A stretch of DNA of 64,000 nt from Hyaloraphidium curvatum SAG 235-1 (taxonomy: Eukaryota; Fungi; Monoblepharomycota). The first letter of the stretch is position 1. The number at the start of each line of letters is the position of its first letter. The notes below the pieces were generated by a model. That model ran no database searches and was not told the DNA's origin. It was given only the letters and a program-made list of their open reading frames with translations. The position numbers and the translations under genes are program-made. This document shows, one piece after another, positions 33,795 to 46,393 of this stretch. The stretch spans positions 558,001 through 622,000 of the forward strand of contig JAIVFI010000013.1 in the NCBI GenBank assembly GCA_025558095.1, read 5' to 3'.

Positions 33795-35063
33795 TCACGC
33801 ATCACGCCTGCGCAACACGCGGATGAAGCAACGGAAGTCCTCGATCCGCGCAGGGTACCAGGCCTCGACGTCCTCGCGCTCCGCCTTTGGCAGCCTCCAC
33901 CACTCCCCGTCCCTGGCCGAGACCTCCTCCCAGAACGGCCCCCGGGAAAGCAGCAAAAGAAGCATCGGCGCCGGATACACCTTGCCTTCACCGCCGCCGG
34001 ACGAGAGCTCGAGGTCCGAGAAGGAGCCCGCGGAGTCGATGGTCGCCAGGATCGCGCCGGGCTTGGTCCGGGAGGTGAGGCGCTGGAGGAAGGCGGCCGT
34101 CCGCGATTTAGACTGCGCGAGGAGCTCGTTGAGGGTGAAATTGAGGGTGATGAGGTCCGCACCGGAGAGCAGCTCGTCCAGGCGAGACGATGCCGGATCG
34201 GTGGCTTCCGCGAGCAGATCCGCACGTTCAAAGTGGAAAGCGGCGACAGAGTACAGCTCGCCAAAAGAAGCGTACAGAGACGACTCCACTGTGGAGAACA
34301 CGGCTGAATAGTCGGCGTAATCGGCACAGGTAATGGAGATTGATGGGGCGGGGGCGTCCAAAATCAGTGGCTGTCCATTTGAAGCATTCGAGGGCCCGCC
34401 ATCGGACAACGTGAGGCTAGCAGCGGCCGAAAGGAGCTCCTTTTCTCCCTGCCCGGCTCGGGTAGAGCTTTCGTCGGTGCTCTTTCCTTCCGCCGCGCCA
34501 GTGCCAATGTCCGTGCCTGCAGCCTTCATGTCTTCAAGCACGCGGAGCAATATGCCAGCAGCAGCCACCGCTTCGGCCCCTGTGCCCGCCCCGAGGCACA
34601 GGATCCTCGTATGCTGCCGCAGCTCGCGCGAGGGTGCCCCAACACTGTCCCGACCTCGAAGAGCTCGACGAAAGACACTCCGTATGGAGTCTTCTTGAGC
34701 CCAAAGTTCGCAGTACCCGACAGCTCTCCCCCCGGCATAGTCCGCCGCGTACACGGCGAGCCGCTCCCGTTCCTCAGCTCCGGGACCGAAAATCTTCTCG
34801 TATTGTCGCGCCGCAAAGAAGCTTTTGATCTGCCGCAGCGTCGGTACGTAGGAAGGCGACGCGAAAGTCGGTTCGAAGGCCGCATGGAGGCATTTCAGGA
34901 GGGCATGGGCGGTAGTCGGGGCGAGAGGGGGGAGCAAGGAAGGAGGAGCATCCCGACGCGGCTCTTTCCCTCCCCGAGCAGAAGGGGCGGCATTTTGGGG
35001 CCGAGAGGTAGATATCCGGGCCTGCGGACGCGCCTGCCGCGGCGCAGAGTTCGTCTGGGGCAT
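33795..35063 (-). CDS. BMT6: 25S rRNA uridine-N3 methyltransferase (DUF3115 family)
   Basis: LRQIKSFFAARQYEKIF, ILCLGAGTGAE (SAM-binding), DLITLNFTLNEL and IDSAGSFS. Confidence 0.75.
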   Translation of the reverse strand: MPQTNSAPRQARPQARISTSRPQNAAPSARGGKEPRRDAPPSLLPPLAPTTAHALLKCLHAAFEPTFASPSYVPTLRQIKSFFAARQYEKIFGPGAEERERLAVYAADYAGGRAVGYCELWAQEDSIRSVFRRALRGRDSVGAPSRELRQHTRILCLGAGTGAEAVAAAGILLRVLEDMKAAGTDIGTGAAEGKSTDESSTRAGQGEKELLSAAASLTLSDGGPSNASNGQPLILDAPAPSISITCADYADYSAVFSTVESSLYASFGELYSVAAFHFERADLLAEATDPASSRLDELLSGADLITLNFTLNELLAQSKSRTAAFLQRLTSRTKPGAILATIDSAGSFSDLELSSGGGEGKVYPAPMLLLLLSRGPFWEEVSARDGEWWRLPKAEREDVEAWYPARIEDFRCFIRVLRRRDA

Positions 35064-35139
35064 TCGTGTGTGCTTGTTGACAGTCACCGATCGTCCGAGG
35101 CGCCGCGTTACCGGCCGGCCTCCTTCTGCCCCGTTCTTT

Positions 35140-35951
35140 CTACTCTACTTTGCCAACAGGTACCGGAGCCACTTTCGAGCCCATCCGCCAAGACCAGTAC
35201 CACCGTTCCGCTTGGCCATAGGCCGTCAGACCCGCCCAGCCAACCAAAGCAGGTCCGAAGAGTACGGCCCACCAAAAGAAAGTCCGGAACCTTCCAGGCA
35301 CGACTTTCCGCAGCAGATCCTCCGTCTGCCGCTCCGCGTCCTCTTTGGAGCCGGTGTTGTCGATCACGTGCGTCGCCCGGGCGACTTTGGCGTCGATTGG
35401 CAGCTGGGAGGCAATCCGTTGCCGAGCGGCCTCTTCCGTCAGCTGCGGATTCCGCGAGAGTAGGCGGAAAAGTTGTTGCTCCGGCGTGCTGGGACTCGTT
35501 TAGAAGTTGCTGGCTTCCCCGGAAGGGCGCCGACCTACCAACGAACCACGATGACGACAGGTAGCCAGCGATCCATGTTTCCCTCGATCAGCAGCGGAAC
35601 GTCCCACAAGCAGGCGCGACGGCCAGTGAGCATCGCCCAAAGTGTTCTCCGGACCATCTCGCGAATGACGAAAGGATGCGTGGCCGCATTCAAGACGCGT
35701 CGCTGTCCCGGATCCGCGAAAATCGCGGCCCCGAGCTTGTCGCGATCAATGCCGCCAGAGGGGAGGAGGATTCCGCGGCCAAAATGGGCCACAATTTTGC
35801 AGAAAGAGGGCTGTCCAGGTTCGGTCACGTCGCGCGCGATTTCGTCCGCGTCGACGTGTTCCAGGTAAGGGGACACGGCGGAGCGCATGGCGGCGAGCGC
35901 GACCGAGGATTTTCCTGTGGCGATTCCGCCCGTCAGGCCGAGGAGTAGCAT
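35140..35951 (-). CDS. CAB5: Dephospho-CoA kinase with C-terminal membrane anchor (one intron)
   Basis: GLTGGIATGKSS P-loop, DADEIAR, LNAATHP, DVPLLIE and RIASQLPI. Intron ~35489-35538. Confidence 0.9.
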
Positions 35952-36092
35952 GTTGGGCCAAGTTTTGTCGATGAGAATCGAAGAGCCAGGCAAGGCAACC
36001 CACGCGAAGGTGAAGACTCGAGATCACTCAATCATCTACGGTATCCAGGGTCATACAACACATTCTGAAGTTAATCCGAGGTGAAACGCATC

Positions 36093-36800
36093 CTACTTGG
36101 ACTTTGGAGTGTCTGCAGCCACTCGTTCTTTCTTCGAAGGGCTCTTTGTCGCCTTCGAGGACGTCTTGACCCCGACAGCCGAGTCCAAAGAGTCCATGGT
36201 GTCGCCAAGGAGCGCCACCAGGCCCAGCACCCCGCAGACGGCCGCGATCACGTTCGAGGTCGCGATCCGGCGGAGCACTTCCGCCTCGTCGTCGATCCGC
36301 ATCGAGTTGCCCAACAGCTTGCGGTCCGGAAGAGCACGGAAGTAATAAACTGCCGCTCCAGCAGCGGAAGACAGAAATGTAAAGACTGGGCTCAGGGAGA
36401 ACCGCGAGGTGACGGCGCGGTACACCGCGCGTGCCAGGAAGTAGACGACCAGAACGGTGAGCACATTGCTGATGAATTGGGCCCGCGGGAGCTGGTAGAA
36501 CGACTGAAAAGACGCGTCAGACGCGTGCTTTTGAAAAGCAGTCGCGCCTACTCACGGCCTGCGCTCGCCTGTCAGCCGACGTCACTTTGGACTTCAAGAT
36601 CGACTTCTCCAGCGACTGAAACAGCAGAGGATGCCAGTTTGAGTCCGCCGCGAGCGACGGAAAGAGAGACCCGATGAGCACAGAGAGCGCCGAGATGTCC
36701 AAGGGCAGGAACGCGTCCGCCATGATTAGCACGAGAGTGAGCAACGCGTACACGACGAACAGCGCCATCACCAACACTACTACGGCCAAGTGCGCAGCAC
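36093..36800 (-). CDS. Hypothetical membrane protein (spliced, 5' end uncertain)
   Basis: Two hydrophobic ORFs (36517-36789 and 36093-36464) separated by a GTGAGT donor. Confidence 0.4.
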
Positions 36801-37069
36801 GGTCAAGGAACGCGTGAATTCAGGAGCTCCCCGTCCCTGAATCAATCCAAGTCCGAAAGGAGATCGAGGCCGCGATGGCCGCGGAGCTCTGGGATGGAAT
36901 CTCTGAGGCGCGTGACATGGCGAATCGGCAACTGAACACACGTCATGGGACGTTCGCGGATTAACCGACAAGGCTCAATTGTCGGTAAGGTGAAGTGATG
37001 CGTAACTCGATCGACTTTCGTGTGTTGCGGCGGTCGCCGATCCCGCTCGCCACGTCACGGGTCGGCAAA

Positions 37070-39030
37070 ATGCTCCTGGCCATCCCCCCCGAGGTTCTCC
37101 TTCTCGTACTGTTATTCCTCCCCGCCGATGACCTCTATTTCTTGCGCTTCGTCTGCCGGGGCATCGGGAGGCTGGCTGGTGTCGCTTTTGCGGAGCGTTT
37201 CCGCGTCCTCGTGGGGGGCGTCGGCTTCGACTTTGTCGACACCGTGAAGGCTATCCGAACCTCGGGCCCGCACCGCGTTGGCACCGACGACTGCCTCGGC
37301 TCCTTGGCGCTCGGGAACTTGTTTCGTTCGTCCGGCGGAAACTACCATTCGACTTCGCTTCAAGTTCTCGTCCACCGCTCGCTGTGCGAAACTCGGGACA
37401 GCGTGGGCATGGGGGAACTGTTTTCTGGTATCGGGATCCCGGCGGCGGACACCCTGCGATACTACCTGGAGTTTGTGTTCCCCAAGGAAGTTTCGTTCCT
37501 GCTCGCCTTCTTCCGTGCGACTGGGTTCCATGTCGGCCTCGTCAACGATGCCGTCTTTAGCTGCAGCCACGTTCCTTTCTTTGACCGGTGGCACATCCGA
37601 ATCCAGTTGGAGCAATGGGATGAATCGCGCTGGAAGGCAACCGGGATGGCCCTGGTGTTTGCGATGTCTTCCGTTCGTACGGTTCCCTGCTCACCGGCGT
37701 CAACGCGGTCGGAGACCTTTTTGCCCGCCATTTGCCCCCCGCTCTACGGATGGACGCCGTTTGCAAGTTTCGGGGAAGCTGGGAAGCCAAGGGCAAGCTC
37801 GCGTGCAGGCTTTTGGTCGACTACCGGCTTTTTGGCGTTCCTTGGCTCGTTCGCACCTTGAGAGGCGTCTTTGTCGACGCCACGGACGTCGAGAATCCAC
37901 CATCACGTGAAGATCGCGTGAGCTTCCTCGCCGGGCTGCGCGATCACCTTCGGATGGTGCTGTACAACGAGGAGTACAAGGTGCAGCCGACCATACTGCA
38001 AGCCTTTCTCGACCCCGAGCAGGGCTGGCCGTCCGATCTGCCGCTCCAGGCAGCGGATTTCCTGCAGCCTTCCGACATCGAGCCTGCCCATGTTCGCGGT
38101 TTCCTGCGCGGCACTACGGCCGAGTGGACGCCGAGCTGGCGGACGCCCCTGCCGATCGGCTTCAAGCTGGATCCCGTGCGGCTTGCGGAGCTTATCCGGG
38201 CCGTTCGGGGTGCGGGCCCTGCGCTGCATGACTATTACCTTTTGGTTTTCGGAGACCCTGTTTCTTGGATCGACTACCCTGTTGGGAAGGTCGCGCTGCT
38301 TCTTGCTCATTCAGGGATGAGCTACAGTGCTTTGGCGGATCTCATCTACGGAGAGGAAGATCTCTCGGATGACGAGGTGCACTTCAACCCTGTCGCGTTG
38401 ATTGCCGAGGTCGACGGGCGGGAAGCATTCACCATCGAACTTGCTGCCTCGGTGTTGGTCTACTGCTTCGCCGACAACTTCTTCATCTGCAACAATCGAG
38501 TTCTGTGTCTGCGCAGAATCGCCAGGCTCGGGACTTCGTGGGCCCAAGGATGCAGGTCCTTCTACGACGACCCGAGTTCTCTGGCGGCATTCATGGACCA
38601 CGCTGCGGACATTCTGGAACACGTCGTGCTCGGCGGAGTCGTGCCGGTCGAGTGGACGCACGGCTTTTTCTATCTGATGGGTCTGGTTCTTGGAAGCAGC
38701 ACTGCGGATCGACCCCTTTTCAGACGCTCCGATGTGCAAGCCGCACTCTTTTGCTCTTCGGCATGGTTACGAGCCCGGCTGCGGAGCTATGGCGATGTTC
38801 GCGACCTCGTTCTTGGCCACTTCGTTGCTTCGGGAGCGATTCCGGTTCCCGGAGATCTTCGTATCGATCGCGAATCTTACCGTTTCAGCAGAGCCTCCGC
38901 ACTGAGAAGCGTTGGGCTAGCTGACATGCACAGGCCTGTGGAAGGCGAGGAGAAGGACCGCTTGGTTCGTATTCTGAGCTCCTCGTTCGGTTCGCTGGGG
39001 GTGAAGCGGCTTTGGGAGACGGCGAAATAG
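37070..39030 (+). CDS. F-box protein; frame break near 37700-37740 (frameshift or unrecognised intron)
   Basis: MLLAIPPEVLLLVLLFLPADDLYFLRFVCR F-box; continues as ORF 37732-39030. Confidence 0.55.
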
Positions 39031-39217
39031 GCTCATGGAGACCCGTTTAGTCAAACAATGATCTTCCTTACGCTTGCTGGTAATGACGCTCGCATTACCG
39101 GGGCGGACGTGAGCCGTGATTCGGGGCGCAGAAGTCAACGGATCAACGGAGCGACGCGGCCGCGATGTGATCGCGAAGGGCTCCCAAACACGACTTCGAA
39201 CCGGTCCCCCTCTCGCG

Positions 39218-41640
39218 ATGCCGGGAGAGCCGCACAATCAGGACATCGTGCATGCGCTGCAGTCCCGTCGCAACGTGGCCGATGCCCTGAACCAGCGCAA
39301 AAAGTTCCAATACGACCGTGCCATCGCGGCGGTCGAAGCTCATCGGGGAAACATTACGCGGGCCGTGGACGTGCCGACCAAGAACATCACGAAGACGATC
39401 CTCAAAGAAATTGAAGACGTTATCAATGAGGTCAAGCCTATCGTGGTCGCGATGCCGACGCCGGCGCAGATTCAAAGGGCGCAGGCGAGAGGAGCGCCCG
39501 CGGAGTACAGGTGGGCTCCTTGACGCCATGCGGCGGGGGTCTCGTACTAAAGCTGTCGTCCGTCCGCACTTCGGGATGAAGACCGGGATACAGGACCGCG
39601 GCGTGGGCCATTCTCGTGGCCATGCGGCGAGCCTCTCTGGATCCACTATCCGCGGGTTATTTGACGAAGGACCAAATCGTCAGGCGGGCGCAACCCCTCG
39701 CGCAGCACGCTATGGTGGGCCACGGTCGCACGGGATGGATGGCCATGAAGCACACGCTGGAGCCGAAGCACCTCGTTCGGCGGGAGGCCTTGTCACGCCA
39801 CCACGGCAATTTTGGGTTGCAGAAGGACCGGTTCTACCTGACAGAAGAAGGAAAGCAGCCAGCGGAGAGCCTGGAGGACGACGAAGGGAACGGTTTGGCC
39901 TACGGTGCCGGGGGCGCGGAGAGCGAGAGCGATGTTGACCTCGACGCAGCAAGTGACGGGCCGGAGGAGCCTGGCATCGCGGGTGGACCGAACGGGCCGA
40001 CGATCTTGGACGACGAGGACTTCGATGTGGAGTACAAAGCACAGCTGCAACGTGCCATCGAAGTGTCCCGTCGGGAGGCACGTCAACGAGATAGCCCCGG
40101 ACCCTCCCGCAACGTCGGCCCTCCTCGTGAGCGCGCTTCCCGTGCCGGAACGGCGCACCCTACGCCCCCGACGACTCCGTCGCCGAGAGCCCGCATGGTT
40201 ATGTCTCCGACGCATGCCGCAGGCCAAGCTGCGCTGAAGCGTCAGATGGAATCGAAGCAGCTACGGGAAGCCCCCCCTCCCGATCCAACGAGCGAGACCA
40301 AACGAAGCAATGGGGCTGCACCTGCAGCCGCCGCGGGCAAGGCTTCAACAGTTGCTTGCGTCGTCGATTTGCGTGAGCGACTGTCCAACAAGTCGCCAAA
40401 TGACGTGTACCTGGCCGTTCGCGGCCGCCATCTGGAGCTCTTTCCCCTTGGTTCCCAGCCTGCGGTGCAAACCGGACGACGGACGTTGCCCATCGCAGAT
40501 TACCTCTGGGTTTCCTATCCTTCCGCGTCGCATTCGGGCCCTCCAGCCGAAGAGGCCGATTGGGTCGCGCTCGATCCGGAGGCGGTGCTGCTTCCCGTCG
40601 CCGTCGAGCGCAAAACTCTCGCGGACCTTGCGGGCCGCTCTCACGACCGCGATCATCTCAAGCAGCTGTCTGCCCTGTGCTCGCCCGGCATTGTCACTGC
40701 CTTGACGCACCGCATTCTGTTGGTTGAGTCGTCGGGGACCGCCGGCGTGAAGACTCTTGAGGGCCTGCGAGCCCTGGATGGAGGTCCGAATCCGGAGCCC
40801 GGCACCAAGATCACGTCACCTCAGGAGTTCTTTGCTTTGGTGTCGGACCTAATTCTGCATTCGAACGAGGCGGCGAGGCAGATCAAAGTCTTCAACACTG
40901 CCGACAACGAATCATCGTCGAGGTTCTTGGCGGCGCTTACCAAATGGATCGTGTCAAAGGGAGCATCTGCAGTCGGGTCGAGGCCCAAGCTCGGCAGCTT
41001 TGGGGCTGTCGTCGCGGGATCCCGCCCGAATGGTCCCGATCTGTCAGAACTTGGCCGGCATCCTGCTGGCGGCGCAGTGGCGCTTGCATTTGACCACAAA
41101 GTGCTGAACAAGGCGGCCGGCACGGAGCTCTGGAGCTCTAGCCTTGCGGGGCCAAAGCGTCTGTTCGTCTGCAAAGTTCAGGGCTCCCATTTTGTGAAGG
41201 CAGCAGTCCAAGCCTCCGCAACTGGGTCCCTGGAATGGATCCGTAAGACCTTTGGCCTCCCACAGGACCCGCGCGTTGTCCTGGTCGTGCAATCGCTCGA
41301 CGCCGGGGTGTCGCACTTCAATCGCTCCAAGGAGTTCCGCGCGGAGCACGATGCCGCCGGCTCTGCGTACTCTTGGCTGATCCAGCTCATGCTGGGCAAG
41401 GGCGTGCACGTGCAGCTGACGGCGAGCAAGGAAGAGACAGCCTTGTTCGTGGCCGCGCTTGCTAGGAACATTGGACGCGCGTTGGAAGTGCATGCCGTTG
41501 CCCACGCGGCGCCCGCTGCCGCAGCTCGCGAAGATAGGATGGATGAAGACGAGGTGCAGATCGTCTCGGAGAGGCCTGCGACCGCTAACCGCTCGCCTCC
41601 TCGAGCACCATCAAAGGCGGCACCAATCGTCATTGATTGA
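39218..41640 (+). CDS. MUS81-like ERCC4 endonuclease with an extra C-terminal EME1-like domain
   Basis: N-terminal helical domain (YDRAIAAV); intron 39511-39581; winged helix (YRPGYRTAAWAIL, GWMAMKHTL, FYLTEEG); nuclease motifs VDLRE, ADYLWV and VERKTLADL. Confidence 0.75.
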
Positions 41641-41688
41641 TTGATTGATCATCTTGACACTTCATTTCTATGTCAGTTCAACGAAAAT

Positions 41689-43324
41689 CTATACCACCTC
41701 TGCCTTCTTCTCTTCTTTCGAGCCGTCCGCTGCCCCGACGTGCACGTCCGACTCCTCCACTTTCGGCGCCTTCCACCTCAAATTCCCCTTGGCATCCAGC
41801 AGCAACCACGTCCCCATGGCGGCCGTACCGAACGCGAGGGCGGTGTAGCCCACGGCGTACCATCCGCCGTGGACCCAGGCCTGGACGCCGACCACGGAGC
41901 CGATGCTCATTCCGCAGAAGCCAATGACCTGAGCACACGAACAGTCAGTTCCAAAACTGGCTGCGAGCAGCAAGAAAACCAACCATGTACACGCTGTTGA
42001 GCCGCGATCGCGCCTTTGCATTCAGCGCGAACACCCGCACCTGGTTCGGCAGATGGATCATCTGGAGCGACAGTTCGCCGATGAGGGTGCCGATGACCAC
42101 AGCCCAGACGCCCAGCGGCGCCGTAGGCGTGAGGAACGCCCAGGCCAGCAGGAGCCCTGCAATGCCGCTCCCGATAAGAGGCATGGGTCCGATGCGGTCC
42201 GCGAGCGCGCCGACTCCCGACGTGAAGAGCATGCCGGCGATGCCGATGATGGAAAACAGTCCGATGATGCTCGGAGAGTAGGAGTAGGGCGGGTTCGAAA
42301 GGAGGAAGGTGAGCGTCGTCCAATACAAAGAGAAGACGGCGAAGGCGAAAAGGGAGATGAAGGAGGATTGGAGGAGCGCCGGTTGCGTCCTCGCAAGGGT
42401 GACCAAGCTCCAGAGGAGCTTCGGGTAACTGATGTTGGCGTTGTTGGCCGGCGTTTTGGGCAGCAAGATCCAAAAGAGGACCAGCATGGAGAAGTTGAGA
42501 ATGCCGGCGCCCCAGAACACGCTGTTGGTTGCAAGAGCATTCAGCGAACCTGGCTCAGTGCGGAATTGGGGTACTCACATTCTCCAGCTGAAGTACTGGG
42601 TCACGATGCCCGAAATCAGGCGGCCGAGGAGCGAACCGACTTTCATTCCCGTCAACACGATGCCCATCATCAATCCCCGACGCGCCGGCGGCGCAATGTC
42701 GGCCGCGAAAGGCATAAGAATTTGCGGCGTCACGGTCGTCAGGCCGATGAAGAAAGCAAACACTTGGAACATCACGAGGTTAACCGACAACCCGCGAACG
42801 ACGTTGATGACGCTCGTGATTGCCGTGAGGGTCAGCATGAGGGGTTTGCGCGGGAGCAGGTCCCCAAGGGGCGTGAGGAAGATGAGGCCCGTGGCGTATC
42901 CCCCTTGTTCGAGCGATACCACGGAGCCCACTTCGGCGTCCGTGGCGTTGAAGTCCCGCTTGAGAGCGTACAGGATCGGCTGCGTAAGGTAAAGGTTGGC
43001 GACGGTAATGGCGCCGCCAAAGGCGAAGAGGAGCGCCAGCCCGAAACCCATGACGACGGCGGGCTGCTCCGGGGCCGGCGCGGGAGCAGGCGGCTCCTCC
43101 ATGCGCGGGTACTCGTCCAGGATGTCAATCTCCCCTCCTTTATGCGAGCTCGGGTCGCCGTGGCCGACGGCTTCTTGGTCGCCGCCGTTCCGATCCTCAG
43201 GCGCAGCATCGCCGGCCGTCTGGCCTCCCAAAGACGGCGTCGACGCGCGGTCCAGAGTCGTTTCGGCGTCCGCCGCTGCGGCCTCGGCCGGCCTGGCGTC
43301 GGCGTCTCCCGAGCCGTCGGCCAT
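41689..43324 (-). CDS. MFS transporter (spliced)
   Basis: VANLYLTQPIL, QGGYATGLIFLTPLGDLLPRK, TVTPQILMPFAADIAP, WTTLTFLLSNPPY and ARSRLNSVYM. Confidence 0.88.
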
Positions 43325-43615
43325 GGGGACACCGAGGGCGCGGGAACGGGGGCAGAATCGCGGGGATCCAGGCGGCCACGTGCAGTCCCTGTCCAGAAAT
43401 TCGAGTAGCGATGGCTTCAGCGAGGAGCCAGGCAGAGGGCCGAGTGAGTGGTGGCCGCGGGGCAAAGTGGAGCCGCCGCGGAGCCGCCCGCCGCCCTTGC
43501 CACCTCTCTCGCACCATCGATCGATCCGCTCGCGTGCTGCTCGTGCGCAGCAATCCATAAAAGGTATCGCGTCTTCCTTGGACCCATAAGCTACATAAGC
43601 ATGTCATCCGCGCCC

Positions 43616-46258
43616 TCAACCCGCGAGCGCATAAACCGCCTGGCACGCCGCGACCACGGCCGCGACGGCCGCCAGCCTCCTCACCATCCCCGCCTCGCCC
43701 CCCTTGATCCCCGCCCCCGTGACCCAGTCCACCGCGGCCCCGTTCGCCCGCCCCGCCGCCTCGCAGGTCCACAGGAAGAACCCCGTGGCCGCGGCCAGGT
43801 TGCCCCAGAAGGCGCCGGGCCCGGGCCAGAAGGCCAGGATCGCGCGGGTGTCCATGGCCAGCCAGACGTGGAACTGCAGGATGAAGGTCTCGAGCGAGAT
43901 CTTGCCCACCCACGCGGCGAACACCGAGTGCGACCGGCGCAGCGCCGCCGTCGCGTTGCGCAGGGCGCAGTACCCCAGGATCGGAAGCAGCGAGGCCCAA
44001 GGGTGCCGCGTGTTGTAGTCGAACTTGTCCTTGCTGGCGTACCAGACGCCCAGCCACGCCAGCATGCACAGGGCGCCGCCCACCAGCGCCGCGCGGACCG
44101 TCACCAGGCCGTTGTCCAGGCCGTTGGAGAGGGGGGTGAGCGAGATCAGCGCGCACATGCGCTCCCAGTTGATCGTGGCCCATGCTACCGCCACGCCGAG
44201 CAGCGGGGCCCAGCAGTCCAGCGCGACGCGGAAGCACCATTCCCTTGCGTCCCAGTCGATGCCCAAGGAGCGCAGGGCGGCGAACGCCGCCACGACGAGG
44301 CGGGTGTCGGCCGCGTGGAGGTACCACGTCACGCCCCAGACCACGGCGCACTTGGCGAGGAGCACGGGGAGGCGGTCGTTGTACTTGCTGGCCGGCCAGA
44401 AGGCGAGCCAGATGGCGACAAAGTAGAGCGAGACGAGCGGCGAGAAATAGTAGCCCAGGAAAGGGGCGTCGAGGACGTACGCGAGCAGGATGGGGAGCAG
44501 GTTCAGCCGCAAGAGGAGGTTGACGAGCCGGGAGAGGGGGAACTGCTTCTTGGTCAGGAAATAGCTCGCGTGGCCGTACCTGGAGCGTCGAAGGTCAGCA
44601 CGAAGGCGCGCCGTGCTCGGCATCGAGCGACCCACCCCGTCATGAACAGATACGCGCCCACCAGCACCCTCACCACGGCGTAAACCCACCCCACCTTGCT
44701 GGTCCCCGTGTAATGGTACACCAGGATGGCCACCTGCATCCACCCCCGCCACTCCTCGGTCTGGTCCCGGTTCAGGAACCCCGCGTCGCGCTGCTTCGCC
44801 TCGGGCGCGGATTTCCACGTGAGCGCCGCGGGGATGCCCGACAGCGCGAGGATGATGGCAAGGCGAGGGACCGAGACGAGCTTGGGCGCCGCGGCGAGCC
44901 ACGGCGTGCGGTCGGCAAGGAGACTGCCCATGACGGGGACGAGGAAGTCAAAGAGGCCGTGCCCGAGCTTGGGGGGAAGCCAGGAGAGCGAGGACGGCGG
45001 AGGATGGTTGGCGCGGGAGACTTGGCGGGGGGCGGATCAGAACGAGACGGGTGGGAGGAGCGAGATGCGACCTACCGAGAAAGCCCGCGGCACCCAGAGC
45101 GAGCAGCACAAGGATGCTCAGAATCTGCCCCCCTTTCCAGCCACCTCCGGCGCCGCACACGCTGCTCTTGCCGTTGACCCCGGCAAGCACGCGTCGGTTG
45201 CAAAGATGGTTGAGGAAGTAGTCCGCGGTCCCGCGCACCAGAACGGGGGAGTAGTGCAGCCCGTCCGTGGTCGCTTCCAGGCGCCCGCTGGCTTCGAGCG
45301 CGATGCCCCGGTCGAGGAGGTCCTTCCACGTCCAGGGCAAGTGGACGGAAGGCTGCACCGGCAGCTGGTCGGCCCGCAGCGCGGCCGCCAGCTCGTCGAT
45401 CTTTGCGTTGGTCATGGTCCGCCGCCGCTCCTCGTTCAGCTTGAACGGCTGCACGTGCCCGGGCGGCCAGAAGTAGAGGGCGCTTTCGGCCGCGACGGGC
45501 GACTGCGCTAGCGCGTCCCGCGTGGCCTTGAGCAGGGCCAAGTACAAGGGCATGGCCGCGTCGGGCTCGTAGCGCAGAAACCACAGACCGTGGCTGGCAA
45601 TCACAACGGTGCGCCGGTCCGTTTGCGCGGCCCGGGCCAGCACCTTGGGCAGCGTGATGTTGCCGAACGGGTCCCAGTCGAACTTGATCCTGCCCGTGCC
45701 CACGTCCCGGTAAAAGTCCTGGTGCTTGCCGTACGTAATCTTCTCCTCGCCCTTTTGCAGCGTCCGCGAAGCGACGTCGAGCATGAGCTCGCGGGCGCGC
45801 GAGTCGCCGACAAAGTGCCACTCCGTGTTTTCGACGCAGGCGGCAATGTCCTTGCCGGTGTACGCGTGCAGCACGCCCGAGTTCTGCGGCACGTAGAAGG
45901 TGCCCGCCGGCGGGCCCTGGCTCGGCGAGATTTCCCAGGCGCCCCCGCCGTCGACCAGGTCGGGGCACGAGCGCAGCGACGAGAGCGGGCCGGGTGCCAG
46001 CGGGAAGAGCCGCAGCACAGCGAGCAGCGCGGCAAAGGCGAGCGAGGCGCGCGAGAGCACCGCGGGGAGGACGTTGAGGGCGCGCTCGAGCGGCGTCGGC
46101 GTCGGGGCCGCGGCGGTGACGGGCGCGGGCAGCACCGCCGACGCGTCCGCCGCCTCGCCCCGCGGCGGCGCTGCCTTGGGCTCGGCCGCCTCGACCAGCG
46201 GGACGGATTCCTCGCGCGGCGCGGGCACCGGCGACCCCTCGCGCGCGTGGGACGCCAT
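43616..46258 (-). CDS. CAS1: Cas1p/CASD1-family O-acetyltransferase (SGNH-like lumenal domain + 10-TM acyltransferase)
   Basis: FVGDSRAR, DGLHY, GFLNRDQTEEWRGWMQVAILVYHY, AYLFMTG|YGH and WVGKISLETFILQFHVWLAMDT. Confidence 0.88.
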
Positions 46259-46393
46259 TGTTTGGGCAGGGACAGAAGAGCGTTTGCGCCGGGCGGGCGC
46301 CCCGCGACGCCCCCGCTCAACGTCCTTGATCAAACGGGACTCCGTTTGCAGAACGGCTGGCTACTCCCCGGATTCGATTCTGTTTGGAGCAGG

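Noticed and set aside
43616-46258. CRISPR Cas1 or a CRISPR array
   Set aside because: Cas1p here is the unrelated capsule O-acetyltransferase, and no repeat-spacer array is visible anywhere in the window.
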